Of a stretch of 64,000 nt of DNA, positions 35,259-45,676 are shown piece after piece. This stretch comes from Klebsiella phage NU-KP11. A program made the translations under genes and the position numbers. Numbering within the stretch: the stretch's first letter is position 1; each line of letters begins with the position of its first letter. The stretch lies in sequence record OR644643.1. One strand, given 5' to 3'. Below the pieces are notes generated by a model that saw only the letters and a program-made list of their open reading frames with translations, made no database searches and had not been told where the DNA came from.

Positions 35259-35786
35259 TTATATCTCAGTAATGATCCCAGAAATGGTTACACCTACGTT
35301 ACCATTAAGAAAACCATACCAATCTTTACTCATCGCGTCATAGTTTCTGAATCCATCACGCATATAACTTGATATCCTGAAATCAAAAGTCCATTGTTGA
35401 TTGTTATCTACACGGGTAAACAAAATGCGTACATTTCGATTTGGCCCGTCATAGATTGTTAAGTTAGAATAGTTTTCTGCTGAATCGCCGATAGCGCCAA
35501 TAGTACCAATCTGCTTACCATTATAATCACCAACGATAGTATAAGCAGAGTCAGAAATGTTGTACCATACACCAGTATCAGCACCCTTACGCCAAACACC
35601 ACGCCAACGAGTGTTGTTATACCAACGTTCCTGGGGAACAAAAGTAAAATGCCATTTGCTACGCCCAATTAATTGAGACATATAAAATGGTGTTCCAAGT
35701 CGAACTACGGCAGCAGCTTGAATCATGGATCGTTGTCCAGTTTCATTAACCGCCGAACTTCCAACTAGTGGGCCGGAAATAGCCAT
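35259..35786 (-). CDS. 38: gp38 tail-fibre tip adhesin, T2-type N-terminal gp37-attachment domain with divergent C-terminal domain
   Basis: 175 aa. N-terminus MAISGPLVGSSAVNETGQRSMIQAAAVVRLGTPFYMSQLIGRS matches T2-type gp38 (MAVVG.PGWIG.SAVNETGQRWMSQAA...RLG.P..MSQ.AGRS). The C-terminal 130 aa lack the Gly-rich motifs. Position 37-38-t as in T-even phages. RBS ggaggttaactaatg. Confidence 0.75.
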   Translation of the reverse strand: MAISGPLVGSSAVNETGQRSMIQAAAVVRLGTPFYMSQLIGRSKWHFTFVPQERWYNNTRWRGVWRKGADTGVWYNISDSAYTIVGDYNGKQIGTIGAIGDSAENYSNLTIYDGPNRNVRILFTRVDNNQQWTFDFRISSYMRDGFRNYDAMSKDWYGFLNGNVGVTISGIITEI

Positions 35787-35802
35787 TAGTTAACCTCCGA
35801 AA

Positions 35803-35819
35803 AGGGGCCGAAGCCCCTT
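35803..35819 (-). terminator. hairpin between genes 37 and 38 (attenuator-like)
   Basis: aaggggcttcggcccctt on the minus strand, directly upstream of the gp38 RBS. Confidence 0.45.
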
Positions 35820-38800
35820 AATTAAGTTTTCTTTCAAGTTCATTAACTTTAGCAGTTAACTTGTTGACCTGATCTACCAGAACCGCAACAATCGCATTAT
35901 AGTTCAAGCGAATATGTTCAGGATCTGAATCATCAACAGCAGTAGGAAGGCTTTCCTGAACTTCCTGAGCAATAAGCCCCGTTGATTTAGTCCATGCGTC
36001 ATCTGCTGTAGGATCTCGAACTTCGTAATGATAAGCTGACATTTTGCTCAAAATTTCTTCGGAGCTTTCAACTTTAGTGATATTACGTTTATGTCGTTTA
36101 TCGGAAGTTATATAAACATCCTGTGCGTACAACGTACCGTTACACGACATATCACCATTATTACGGAATTCGAACCAACCGTTACTGTTAGCCCCAAACA
36201 CATGAAGCATATGGAAATGACGTTCGCCTACACGTTCAACAAATATATTCTCAGAACCGAGGTCGGTTCCTTGCATAAGATGTCTTACGCCACGAACTTC
36301 ACGAACCCAGCGGTTTCCTGCGTTGGCATCCTGATACGCGCGTGTACCTGCGCAATCAATAGAACCTTTGTTGTAGAAGTTAGCTTTGTTCCTGTCTTCG
36401 TTGTTTTCGCCAGTACCACCGTTGTTAACACCAACGTTCAGTTCGCCTTGCTGAATGATAAAGTAGTTACCAGTGTTCCATATAACGTTTTTACCGTTTA
36501 TATTACTAAACCCGATATTACCAGCAGCATCAGCAAACAAAATACCACGATTTGTATTACCGTCCGTATGCCTAAAGTTAATAGACGCCCAGGCGTTATT
36601 ATCACTCGTTGGCTGAATAATCGGAGAACCTTTAACACGAAGACCTGTTGTCAGTTCCGCATGGTTTGCTCGAAACATTCCATTTGTATGAAATTCAAAC
36701 CATCCAGTATTATCTCCTGCTGTTGATTGTAATCCAATGAATGCGCTATTTCCTACACGTTCTGTAAATCGCAGAGTTCCTAAATTAGAACCAGCACCAA
36801 ACATCGTAATGCCGTCGGTTTCGTTGACAGTAACAGAACCTTCTGTATACGTCCTGATCCCCCGTTTCTCGATTGGCCCTACATTATTAACCGTTAATGT
36901 GTTGTTTAATGTAGTAGCACCAGAAACAGTTAACGTACCAGTAGCAGACATATTTCCGTTTGCACTGATATTACCATTAACTATCATGTTACCACTAGAA
37001 TCAATCCTTGTTTCGTTTGTGCTGGATGTATCTCCTTGAGGACGTAGATAAATCGTTTGTCCAGCTTTAGCAGAAATAATCAACGCACCGCCGTTATTAG
37101 CCCTGATTTTAGCCCCTTGTGCATACTCGATCGCGGTATCACCACCACTTCCAGCGGTAGCAGTTACTTTGATCAAGTTGTTGGTTTGAGTTGGGCCACC
37201 AGGACGCAATTCAACAGCACGACCACCACCAGAACTACCAATAATCACGCGACCATCAGTACTTTCTAACAGAGCACTACCACTACCGATCACAACACCT
37301 TTATCAGTGTACTTCGTGGAAGAAGCACCACCTAACCCTAAGTTGCCACCTACGCGAGCGTTGTTAGCAACAATCAGATCATTTCCGCTGTTCAGGTTTC
37401 CTGTAGTCGTGGTAACAGATTTAAATGATACATCGTCATCGTTTCCGCTAATGACGTTCATTCTCCACGGTGTCCATGCTTTAGCAGTACCGCTAACAGT
37501 GAACCAACGTTCCCAACTGCGTTTATTGTCCGATGCGCGTAATACTTGACGGTTAGTGTAATCTGTATCGCTTACTTTACGGAGACATTCAACAATAACA
37601 ATAAAGTTACCACCGACGCCAGAAGGTTTATTGGTGATGTTATCACCGCCACCCATACTACGGCACGAATAAACTTTAACAGTACCCGGTTCGGTATAGT
37701 TCAATGTTAAAGCATCAAGATCCTGAGTTACCCCAGTCAAATCATACGCAGCAACAGGGCCAGTAAATCCACCAGTTGAATTAACCACACCAGCAACGTT
37801 AATATCACGCCCGAAGTTAACTACCCATCTGTTTATTGTATCCGAAGACAACAGCCATGCGTTTTGTGTCTGGTTTTCTGCTTCACCGTAACGAATATCA
37901 CCGTTTACATCAATACCCAAACGTTTCATGTTCATACCGGAAAGTTTGAACCCGATAGACAAGTTCGAGTTAGTCGGTCTATTCAGTAACAGCGGAGTGT
38001 GCTGCGAACCACTAATAGAAACGGTTTGTTCGGTTGTAGTTGAACTTGTGTTATTAAAGTTCGCATAGGATGTATTAACAGTTCGACCGTTAAATGCACC
38101 ATATGTGATGTTAATATTACCCGGTGATGTAAATGTACCGTCAGATTTAAAAGAGAATTCTCCACCTGTCGTTCCACCACTCGTTCTGGCACGAATGCGA
38201 ACTTCACCAGAAGAGGCAGTGTTAGGCAACGCCCACACAGCACCACTTTCAACCCCTTTATACTTAAACCAAATTACGGAGTTTCCGCTCTCAGCATTCA
38301 AATGAAAACCAGGTGATGTTTTCGAGATCGTTAGATCACCAGACATCGTATCACCAACACGTGCAACAGCCCCTACGTCATCAGGAGTCGGTTTAAATGC
38401 AGTACCGTACAGTTCCTGGAAGTTGATTCTTCCTGTATCTGAGTTTAAGTTAGCATCATTAGTTGCACCAACTTTAACGCGACCAGTATTCCAATCAACT
38501 GAGATCACCGCATGAACATCTGATACAGAACTATAAAAACTTGCGCCCATACCATAGTTAATTTCAGTACCAAGCGTATTTCGCATGAACTGAGAACCAT
38601 CAGTACGCAGTTGTTTCAGATAGTCGCGAGCGTTAGAAACGGTGTATGATGTACCCTTACCGCCTAAACCGTAAGCACCAACAAGCATTACTTGTCCGGA
38701 ACCTGTACCAACATCACGGGTTGCAGCAGTACCCAAACCTAAGTTTGTGCGAGCAGCAGCCGCTGTACTTGCGCCTGTACCACCTTTAGCAACAGACAGA

Positions 38801-40020
38801 ATACCATCAGTACCATCGTCAAGGTTAGGTTTGTTCATTTCGTCATAGATACGAATAACCGTACTCTCAACTAACCCTTCCGGAGCAGTTGCAGAGATTG
38901 TGTAACCAGTAGGCAGATAATATTCAGTAGCAGCACCGCCAGCGATAGACAGCAGAGCAACTTTAACACCACCAATGAATGCGCGTTGAGTAAACCACAG
39001 TTCTAAACCTTCGGAGGTACGAACCAGGCTATAACGCATCTGGTTAGTATAATCAATTGCAGTATCTCCTAAACGTCGAACTTGCAGGTAAGAACGAACG
39101 TTACCGCTTGTTAATGTCGATGGAATGCTTCGAGCGCTACAATCGATAAAGTCAATAGAACTGCGCGTATTGCCATAGTTACCGCCGTTAGTCACCATCA
39201 GTTGCAAGCGACTCTGACCTGAGCCAGGATCTTTTAACAGAGCAACTTTAATCCAACGAGTTTCGTTACCTGTAGTTACAGGGAAATTATCTTGCTCAAG
39301 TTGACGCGCGTTTTCAACCCGCCCGATCCCCAGTTCGGTTAAAGTCGGTTTACGACCGTCCCAGTATACAGGTTTTGCTTGAAACAGCAATTCACCGCCA
39401 TCAGTGATCGTTAACTGATTTGTTGCACCGCCAGCCGTGTTACGCATATAGATATCAGCACCACCAGCGCCGAAATATGCTTTGTTTTTTGAAATAAAAG
39501 CAGAACCACCACCGCCCATAGCTTCATCAATATAGATGTTACCTGGTACGCGAGTGTTACCACCGGAATCAATAAGTTTCAGAGTACGGCGAACAGTATC
39601 ACCAGAACCACGGGAAACGAAACGGATCTCTTCATCACCGTCATCAATTGTACCGATTTCTAAAAACCCTTTATTACTCTCACCACCAGAACCAATGTAC
39701 CAACCATCGTTAAGAGCGTTTCTACCAGTGATATGACGAACCACACCCCCGCTCAAATCCGCGTTGCTGAAAGTAATAGTTTTACCTTCCGCTACGGTAA
39801 CGGTATCATTAAGAGCACTAGGCCCATCAACTGTTAATTTTTTGGTATTTGTTTCTGGGATACCTTTACCCGCTAACTGAACGATCGAAGAACCATTTTT
39901 CGTGTAAATGGCATAATCAGCCATGTTGATCGCCAGTTCACCATCTGCAAGCTGACTTGTAGTAGGTGTTTTCCCCGCAACTGTGCTACGTAGGAATTGA
40001 ATTTTTGCTAAATCAGCCAT
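35818..40020 (-). CDS. 37: long tail fibre distal subunit gp37 with C-terminal intramolecular chaperone (peptidase S74) domain
   Basis: 1400 aa. The N-terminus MADLAKIQFLRSTVAGKTPTTSQLADGELAIN matches T4 gp37. The C-terminus ...TSDKRHKRNITKVESSEEILSKMSAYHYEVRDP...TGLIAQEVQESLPTAV...LNYNAIVAVLVDQVNKLTAKVNELE is a typical S74 autoproteolytic chaperone module. Confidence 0.88.
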   Translation of the reverse strand: MADLAKIQFLRSTVAGKTPTTSQLADGELAINMADYAIYTKNGSSIVQLAGKGIPETNTKKLTVDGPSALNDTVTVAEGKTITFSNADLSGGVVRHITGRNALNDGWYIGSGGESNKGFLEIGTIDDGDEEIRFVSRGSGDTVRRTLKLIDSGGNTRVPGNIYIDEAMGGGGSAFISKNKAYFGAGGADIYMRNTAGGATNQLTITDGGELLFQAKPVYWDGRKPTLTELGIGRVENARQLEQDNFPVTTGNETRWIKVALLKDPGSGQSRLQLMVTNGGNYGNTRSSIDFIDCSARSIPSTLTSGNVRSYLQVRRLGDTAIDYTNQMRYSLVRTSEGLELWFTQRAFIGGVKVALLSIAGGAATEYYLPTGYTISATAPEGLVESTVIRIYDEMNKPNLDDGTDGILSVAKGGTGASTAAAARTNLGLGTAATRDVGTGSGQVMLVGAYGLGGKGTSYTVSNARDYLKQLRTDGSQFMRNTLGTEINYGMGASFYSSVSDVHAVISVDWNTGRVKVGATNDANLNSDTGRINFQELYGTAFKPTPDDVGAVARVGDTMSGDLTISKTSPGFHLNAESGNSVIWFKYKGVESGAVWALPNTASSGEVRIRARTSGGTTGGEFSFKSDGTFTSPGNINITYGAFNGRTVNTSYANFNNTSSTTTEQTVSISGSQHTPLLLNRPTNSNLSIGFKLSGMNMKRLGIDVNGDIRYGEAENQTQNAWLLSSDTINRWVVNFGRDINVAGVVNSTGGFTGPVAAYDLTGVTQDLDALTLNYTEPGTVKVYSCRSMGGGDNITNKPSGVGGNFIVIVECLRKVSDTDYTNRQVLRASDNKRSWERWFTVSGTAKAWTPWRMNVISGNDDDVSFKSVTTTTGNLNSGNDLIVANNARVGGNLGLGGASSTKYTDKGVVIGSGSALLESTDGRVIIGSSGGGRAVELRPGGPTQTNNLIKVTATAGSGGDTAIEYAQGAKIRANNGGALIISAKAGQTIYLRPQGDTSSTNETRIDSSGNMIVNGNISANGNMSATGTLTVSGATTLNNTLTVNNVGPIEKRGIRTYTEGSVTVNETDGITMFGAGSNLGTLRFTERVGNSAFIGLQSTAGDNTGWFEFHTNGMFRANHAELTTGLRVKGSPIIQPTSDNNAWASINFRHTDGNTNRGILFADAAGNIGFSNINGKNVIWNTGNYFIIQQGELNVGVNNGGTGENNEDRNKANFYNKGSIDCAGTRAYQDANAGNRWVREVRGVRHLMQGTDLGSENIFVERVGERHFHMLHVFGANSNGWFEFRNNGDMSCNGTLYAQDVYITSDKRHKRNITKVESSEEILSKMSAYHYEVRDPTADDAWTKSTGLIAQEVQESLPTAVDDSDPEHIRLNYNAIVAVLVDQVNKLTAKVNELERKLN

Positions 40021-40028
40021 GTTTCACC

Positions 40029-40697
40029 TTAATAAGATCCAAAATCTATGATAGTCCCTTTAGTAATTACCTGGTCGAGCCGTGGTACGTGTTCGGGACG
40101 GGAAGCCGCGCCTGTGCTCGCGAATTGCGGGGCAGTTAATAGCCCTGTCATTGTATCGCCAGCGCGTAATACCCTGCTATTAGCATTTGTTGTGACAGTA
40201 TTTATCTGTCCATCAACATAACTTTTTCGTGTTGCATGACTTGCGTCAGTAGGGTTAGCGGTTGTAATACTGATTTGTTTTTCAACCGTAATATTACCCT
40301 GAGTGTTTAAATCACCATTTCGAGCGTTGATGACTAATACGCGACCATTAGTACCGGAAGATGAACGAATACCAATACCATACCATGATACAAGATCCAT
40401 GTTAGCTTTTGATAATGTCGCGCCATCACCATCACCAGAATATAAACCGTTCTGGTCACTTCCGCCTGTGAAAGTAGCGTTAATTTGTAGCCCCTGTTTA
40501 AAGGCAACTACACCCAAATATTGACCACCGCTTGCTTTAGAAACGAAGTCGTTATTTGATGCTTGTGGTTTATCGTTTTCAGTATAAACCTTATATCCGC
40601 GATAGGTTAGAGTATTACCAACCGGAACCAGCGGAAATGTGCCGGAGTGCCAAATAGGTAAACCCCCGACTGTAGAACCAGCTTTTAAATCTGCCAT
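40029..40697 (-). CDS. 36: long tail fibre distal connector gp36
   Basis: 222 aa. MADLKAGSTVGG.IWH.G.FPL, DGATLSKANMDLVSWYGIG, INARNGD.NT.G and NANSRVLR.GDTMTG.LTAP.F match T4 gp36. Confidence 0.9.
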   Translation of the reverse strand: MADLKAGSTVGGLPIWHSGTFPLVPVGNTLTYRGYKVYTENDKPQASNNDFVSKASGGQYLGVVAFKQGLQINATFTGGSDQNGLYSGDGDGATLSKANMDLVSWYGIGIRSSSGTNGRVLVINARNGDLNTQGNITVEKQISITTANPTDASHATRKSYVDGQINTVTTNANSRVLRAGDTMTGLLTAPQFASTGAASRPEHVPRLDQVITKGTIIDFGSY

Positions 40698-40714
40698 AAT
40701 AACCCCTTTTTACA

Positions 40715-40744
40715 TATTTATAAGGCCCGATGATCCGGGCCTTT
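40715..40744 (-). promoter_or_regulatory. terminator hairpin plus T4-type late promoter TATAAATA upstream of gene 36
   Basis: Minus strand reads aaggcccggatcatcgggccTTATAAATAtg. Confidence 0.55.
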
Positions 40745-40746
40745 GT

Positions 40747-41871
40747 TTATGCATCAACTTCACGGAATTCGGAAGCAGAATAATCGCCACCAGGATAAAC
40801 CTTAGTATTCGGCAATTCAAATATATACGGTGTTCCACCATCGATCATGTTGTTCATTCTGATACCGTTAACCCCAAACTGTGCAGCAAAGTTTTGATCA
40901 GCTTCGACAGCAGATACCTGAACCATCACGAAGTTACGGATCGCAGATAAACTATCCGTAGCGGGTTTAGGATAACGAGATACAGCAACGTTAAATCCAT
41001 CACAACCACTGGGGATCGTATAGAACTGTTCAAATCGTAACCACTCATCAGGTTTATTTGCAGGAACTTCAATCACCGATGATGAAGTTTGAGCAGTACC
41101 CGTAAACCATCGAACAGTAACCCTTGTTGTTGATCCAGCATCCAATAATTCTTTACTGGCGTAAAAATCACCAGTAATCATCATAGCCAATCCAGGAGCC
41201 ATACCATAATCAGCTAGTTTAGAGATCACTGGGTTTGCAACAGGATACACTTTATATTCAGATCCATTGGTTGAATTGTATTCTTCCGTATCTTCAACAG
41301 ATCGGAAAGGTACACCAGTTCGACCAACATCACCAACGTTATCATAGACAAGATCGATTGATGCGCGTGAATCTTCTTTTAAAATTCCATCGTTCGCGTA
41401 AAACGATTCAATCAGTATACGAGATTTTGCGGCCCCATACAATGCAACATATGCAGAATTTGGGAATCTCTGAGCGAAATCAGCGCCTTGCCACATAACG
41501 GATCTGTTTTTAGCAAACCAATCATCAACGATTTGGCTTGTTTTGTATTCACCGTTAGTCATTATCAAATACAGCCCAGAAGTTTGAGCATCCATATATT
41601 CAACAAACGCTTTGTTTGCAGTTGCTGAATTATCATTCGATAATGTGAAGGTTTTAATTGGATCAACTATAGCATTGTTAATTCTCCATACGTTGATCCC
41701 AACACTAGGCGGTGTCCCTACCGCCTTTTGATTTAGTGTAAACTCATACTGATTAGGAACCGCATTGGGATGTGTTGCCTTTGCGGTTATTCTGTAAGTT
41801 ACGCTGTTTGTTTCCGATAGAATTTGCGTTTCTACAAAATCGGGGCCGAACCCCGCCATTAAGTTTGACAT
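40747..41871 (-). CDS. 35: long tail fibre hinge gp35
   Basis: About 374 aa between 34 and 36. ATG at 41871 overlaps the gp34 stop; the track start 41883 is GTG. Confidence 0.7.
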   Translation of the reverse strand: MSNLMAGFGPDFVETQILSETNSVTYRITAKATHPNAVPNQYEFTLNQKAVGTPPSVGINVWRINNAIVDPIKTFTLSNDNSATANKAFVEYMDAQTSGLYLIMTNGEYKTSQIVDDWFAKNRSVMWQGADFAQRFPNSAYVALYGAAKSRILIESFYANDGILKEDSRASIDLVYDNVGDVGRTGVPFRSVEDTEEYNSTNGSEYKVYPVANPVISKLADYGMAPGLAMMITGDFYASKELLDAGSTTRVTVRWFTGTAQTSSSVIEVPANKPDEWLRFEQFYTIPSGCDGFNVAVSRYPKPATDSLSAIRNFVMVQVSAVEADQNFAAQFGVNGIRMNNMIDGGTPYIFELPNTKVYPGGDYSASEFREVDA

Positions 41872-44800
41872 TATGCCACCCACTCAAATTTAACTGTCTG
41901 AGTAACCGGATCTGGGTAAATCTTAACATTACCAACTTTGATCCAATCGGTAACAGTCATGTTTTTAACCGTAGTACCAACAGCAGACGTTGCACCAATC
42001 TCGCCAGCAGTAGGCGGGTTGTTGCTGGTATACATGCGGCCCCACTCATCAAATTTACCCGTGATTGGGTTCATTTGACGGATCCAGAAGGATTGCGCCA
42101 GCGCATTAACACCAGTACCAGAGGTCGGACGAGGTGCCCAAATCTGATAAGTGAATGCAGTTCCGTTACCAAACTGCGTTAAAGTACCAGGTGCTTTAAC
42201 ATAGGTATAACGGGTTACAATCATGATATCCGGATTAATCGGGTCTGGTTCAAGAACCGGAACCGCATAACCAGGAAGCAAGTTGTACTGTGCCGATGCA
42301 GTGATCTCCGCCGTCCAGTTACCCCTAGATGCTTCTGTTACTGCATCCAGCGTTGACCAAGCCGCTTGACCTGCGATGATAATTGAACTGTTGTTTACCG
42401 TCAACCGTCCAGACATCGTATCACCTGCTTTACGTACATACGTAGGATTCAGCAAGGTTTGCGCGTTCTTCTCAGTAAAGACTTTATAAGAGTTCGCAGA
42501 TTCTTCCGCTACGATGTTGCCAGCATCAGAAGTCAGGATCTTAGTTGTCTTATTTTTAGTACCCATAGAGAGAACAGAACCAGCAGCCGTGATCACTGTA
42601 TCATTACCCAGCGTCACTTTGCTAATCGCCTGAATTTCAGGAGCCTGGAATTTAACGTTAGCTACAACGCCGCGAGTATCATTATACACAGAAAGATGAA
42701 CTGTGCTAGTGTTACCCGTTGAGATCATTGCAATACGCCCAGAGGCTGAACTTGCTTGAATTGACCAGTCGTTAGATGAACCACCATTCAAACGAAGTTT
42801 ACCCATCGATGAACCATCACCAACGTTCAGATCTCCACTAACATTCATTACCCGGAAACTTGCGTCGGCTGTTGAATTAATGTCAGCCTGTACAGTGGTT
42901 GCTTTCGTTAGAGTCAATGCCCCGTTAACCGTCTGATTAACATCACGACGAATGAACTGGGAAGAATCCAGGTTATCCAGCTTATCAGCATCAACCGCTT
43001 TAGCCCCGATCGGCAGATAGTGTTTCAGTGTTAAGTTCAGTTCATACGGAGAAACAGCAACACCTACAGCGGCATAACCATCATCCGGAAGAGTAGAACC
43101 AGCCACATCATTACCCGACCAAGTACCAAGCCCCTTAGACAGCTTCACAGTACCACGTACCAGATCGGTAGCTTGCCATGAAGTATCAACCTGAATTGTA
43201 TTTTTCAAGTTCTTAGGAGAAACAGCCTTGTTTGCAACGGTGCCAGCAGTAGTTTCAGTAGCCGTAGCCACCTGAATGATACCTTCTGCGCTCTCAGTCG
43301 CTTTCTTAGCGTGTAACTTCTTAGGGGTGACAAATACTGTATCTAATGTCCCTGCGTTCGTCTCAGACTGTGTAGCGACGCGTAAAGTACCACGTTGAGT
43401 TTCAGTTGCTGATTGAATACCGATGTTAACCGTAGTCCAGATAGTCCCAGATTGAGTTAACCCGTCAGCAGTAGCAACAGTAATATGGCTTGTATCGTCC
43501 AGATAACCTTTCAGTTTAGACGGTACGATCGCTTTATTCGTTACAGTACCTGCTGATACTTCGGCAGTGGTTGCAATTGCAATGATACCTGTCAGCGTTT
43601 CTGTTGCAGCACGATCGTTAAGCGTTTTAGGCGTTACCGCTCGCGTATAATCAGTCCCTGCGTTGGTTTCTGTCTGAGTAGCAATCTCGATCAAACCAAT
43701 ACGACCATCAGTAGAGGTTTTCTTGTGCAGCATTTCCGGAGTAACTACGGTCGGGATGTTTGCACTTGCAACAGTACCGTTAATAACTTCGGTTTCAGAA
43801 GCCAGCCATACAGCACCGGATTGTAACTGAGTCGCTTTATACTCACGAAGAGTTTTAGGCGTTACCGCTTTCTGATAATCTGAATGGTCATAAACCCCAG
43901 TACCAGCCTGAGCACGATCCGTGTTAGTGTTAGGAGCACCACCAGTAGCAACAAGGGCAAGGATACCAGTTAAGGTCGGCGATGCAATACGGTTATGCAA
44001 CTTTTTCGGGGTTACAATCGTAATATCATCGGTGCTTCCGTTTGTTTCTGCCTGAGTTGCGATTTCTGCCAATCCACGACGGGTTTCAGTCGCTGTTCTT
44101 TCGTTCAGCTTCTTAGGGGTAACAATCACATCATCCAGATAGCTATCGGTTGAAAGTTTGTTAACCTCGGCAGTTGTTGCTAACCGTGCAATACCACGAC
44201 GGGTTTCTGTAGCAGTTTTATTTGCTAACGTCATCGGAGTAATAGCAGTTTCGTCGTTCGGGTTATCTTCTAGGTTTTTGTTTACTTCTGCCTGTGCAGC
44301 CAGAGCAATAACACCAGTACGCGATCTGTTAGTTGCGTCAACACGTTCAACGATCGGACGATAATTAGCAACAACCCATTCTTTCGTAGCTTTCAGGTAA
44401 GAAAACTCGATATACGGGAGGTAATCACTAGCAGCATTAAATGCTAATGAAGTTACGCTAAACCAATCATCGGGCGGATAGTCTTTGCGCTGCGGGAACT
44501 GCATCATATTTTTGTTGGTGCGGATCTTGTCCGTTGTACCATCTTTAACTTTGATTGTACAGTTCTGGTTCTTACCCATCATATAAAGGGATACGTAAAC
44601 GCGATCACCATCAGCAACATCAGTTGGAAGGGTAACTGTAACGTTTGGTATAGTCCCAGAAGGGTTTGCAGTAACAAAAACGTAATCGTTAGGAACCGCG
44701 TTTAAATCACTGTAGATACGACGCAGACGAACACGGTTGTCAGCATCATATACTTTCCATTGGCTATTCTGTGCATCAAAGATGAACATACCAAAGCCGG

Positions 44801-45644
44801 ATTTCTGGCTAGTTACAGAAGTAACACCAGTACTTGCGCCGTCAGAAATAGTGTGTCCACTACCTGGATAAATCTGCAAAACGGCTACGTTGATAGAGTT
44901 CATTTTATCAGCGTCATAGGTTGTGATCACATCACCATCATTTGCATATTTCGGCAACTGGAGAGTGATTTTACCTGTAGCACTGTTACGGAAAACTGTC
45001 ATGCCAGATTGTAACTGGAATGAACCTGTTCCGGTTGCGTTCACGATCTCAGAATCGCGGTTATCCAGAGTTTCAGCAACACGCCATACGTTACCGTTAT
45101 AGATAAACGTTGCGATCATGTACGGGTGGGTCAGTCGATACTGTGCCGATTGTACAGTACGTAAACGGATCTGACGGGTGTTAGACTTAACAAGGATACT
45201 GTTCACACCTACTAAACCACCACAATCTTTAAACGTGATTACGTCGCCCTCTGTCGGGTTGTCCGGCAGCAGGTACAGAAGTTCAGTAAAGCGTCCATCA
45301 GCCATAATGTAACTACCAGATTCAATAATGCTACCATCTGGAGTGGTTACGTTACTATAAACCCATTTCGGGTCATTACGAGTTGCGATCCATTTGGATT
45401 CGTCGAAAGCCCCAGCAGGGGAAGCAATATTCTGTTTTGCGTACCAGATACGACGCGCATAAATGATCGCCATGTCTTGAGAATAACCACGGGTCGGGTC
45501 ATACTGCTGGATTCCGTTAAATTCATTGAAAAAGTCAACGTTAACGCCGTCACTCAGCGTATTACGATCAGCCTTCCCAACGTTGATAACTTTTTCACCA
45601 GCAGCATCAAGGCCACTTCGTGCGCGGAATGATTTAGCTACCAT
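41871..45644 (-). CDS. 34: long tail fibre proximal subunit gp34
   Basis: About 1257 aa. MVAKSFRARSGLDAAGEKVINV...QQYDPTRGY and C-terminal IGATSAVGTTVKNMTVTDWIKVGNVKIYPDPVTQTVKFEWVA match T4 gp34 (ends ...IVPDPVNKTVKFEWVE). Repeated TATETRRG blocks as in T4. The track start 45689 is TTG, so the ATG at 45644 is used. Late promoter TATAAATA 33 nt upstream. Confidence 0.9.
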   Translation of the reverse strand: MVAKSFRARSGLDAAGEKVINVGKADRNTLSDGVNVDFFNEFNGIQQYDPTRGYSQDMAIIYARRIWYAKQNIASPAGAFDESKWIATRNDPKWVYSNVTTPDGSIIESGSYIMADGRFTELLYLLPDNPTEGDVITFKDCGGLVGVNSILVKSNTRQIRLRTVQSAQYRLTHPYMIATFIYNGNVWRVAETLDNRDSEIVNATGTGSFQLQSGMTVFRNSATGKITLQLPKYANDGDVITTYDADKMNSINVAVLQIYPGSGHTISDGASTGVTSVTSQKSGFGMFIFDAQNSQWKVYDADNRVRLRRIYSDLNAVPNDYVFVTANPSGTIPNVTVTLPTDVADGDRVYVSLYMMGKNQNCTIKVKDGTTDKIRTNKNMMQFPQRKDYPPDDWFSVTSLAFNAASDYLPYIEFSYLKATKEWVVANYRPIVERVDATNRSRTGVIALAAQAEVNKNLEDNPNDETAITPMTLANKTATETRRGIARLATTAEVNKLSTDSYLDDVIVTPKKLNERTATETRRGLAEIATQAETNGSTDDITIVTPKKLHNRIASPTLTGILALVATGGAPNTNTDRAQAGTGVYDHSDYQKAVTPKTLREYKATQLQSGAVWLASETEVINGTVASANIPTVVTPEMLHKKTSTDGRIGLIEIATQTETNAGTDYTRAVTPKTLNDRAATETLTGIIAIATTAEVSAGTVTNKAIVPSKLKGYLDDTSHITVATADGLTQSGTIWTTVNIGIQSATETQRGTLRVATQSETNAGTLDTVFVTPKKLHAKKATESAEGIIQVATATETTAGTVANKAVSPKNLKNTIQVDTSWQATDLVRGTVKLSKGLGTWSGNDVAGSTLPDDGYAAVGVAVSPYELNLTLKHYLPIGAKAVDADKLDNLDSSQFIRRDVNQTVNGALTLTKATTVQADINSTADASFRVMNVSGDLNVGDGSSMGKLRLNGGSSNDWSIQASSASGRIAMISTGNTSTVHLSVYNDTRGVVANVKFQAPEIQAISKVTLGNDTVITAAGSVLSMGTKNKTTKILTSDAGNIVAEESANSYKVFTEKNAQTLLNPTYVRKAGDTMSGRLTVNNSSIIIAGQAAWSTLDAVTEASRGNWTAEITASAQYNLLPGYAVPVLEPDPINPDIMIVTRYTYVKAPGTLTQFGNGTAFTYQIWAPRPTSGTGVNALAQSFWIRQMNPITGKFDEWGRMYTSNNPPTAGEIGATSAVGTTVKNMTVTDWIKVGNVKIYPDPVTQTVKFEWVA

Positions 45645-45676
45645 TATCTTTTTTCCTATATTGTATTCAATACCAA

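Noticed and set aside
36091-37549. Several plus-strand ORFs (211, 100, 70 and 80 aa) inside gp37
   Set aside because: They are antisense shadows within a 1400-aa conserved tail-fibre gene, made of low-complexity T/S/V-rich translations.
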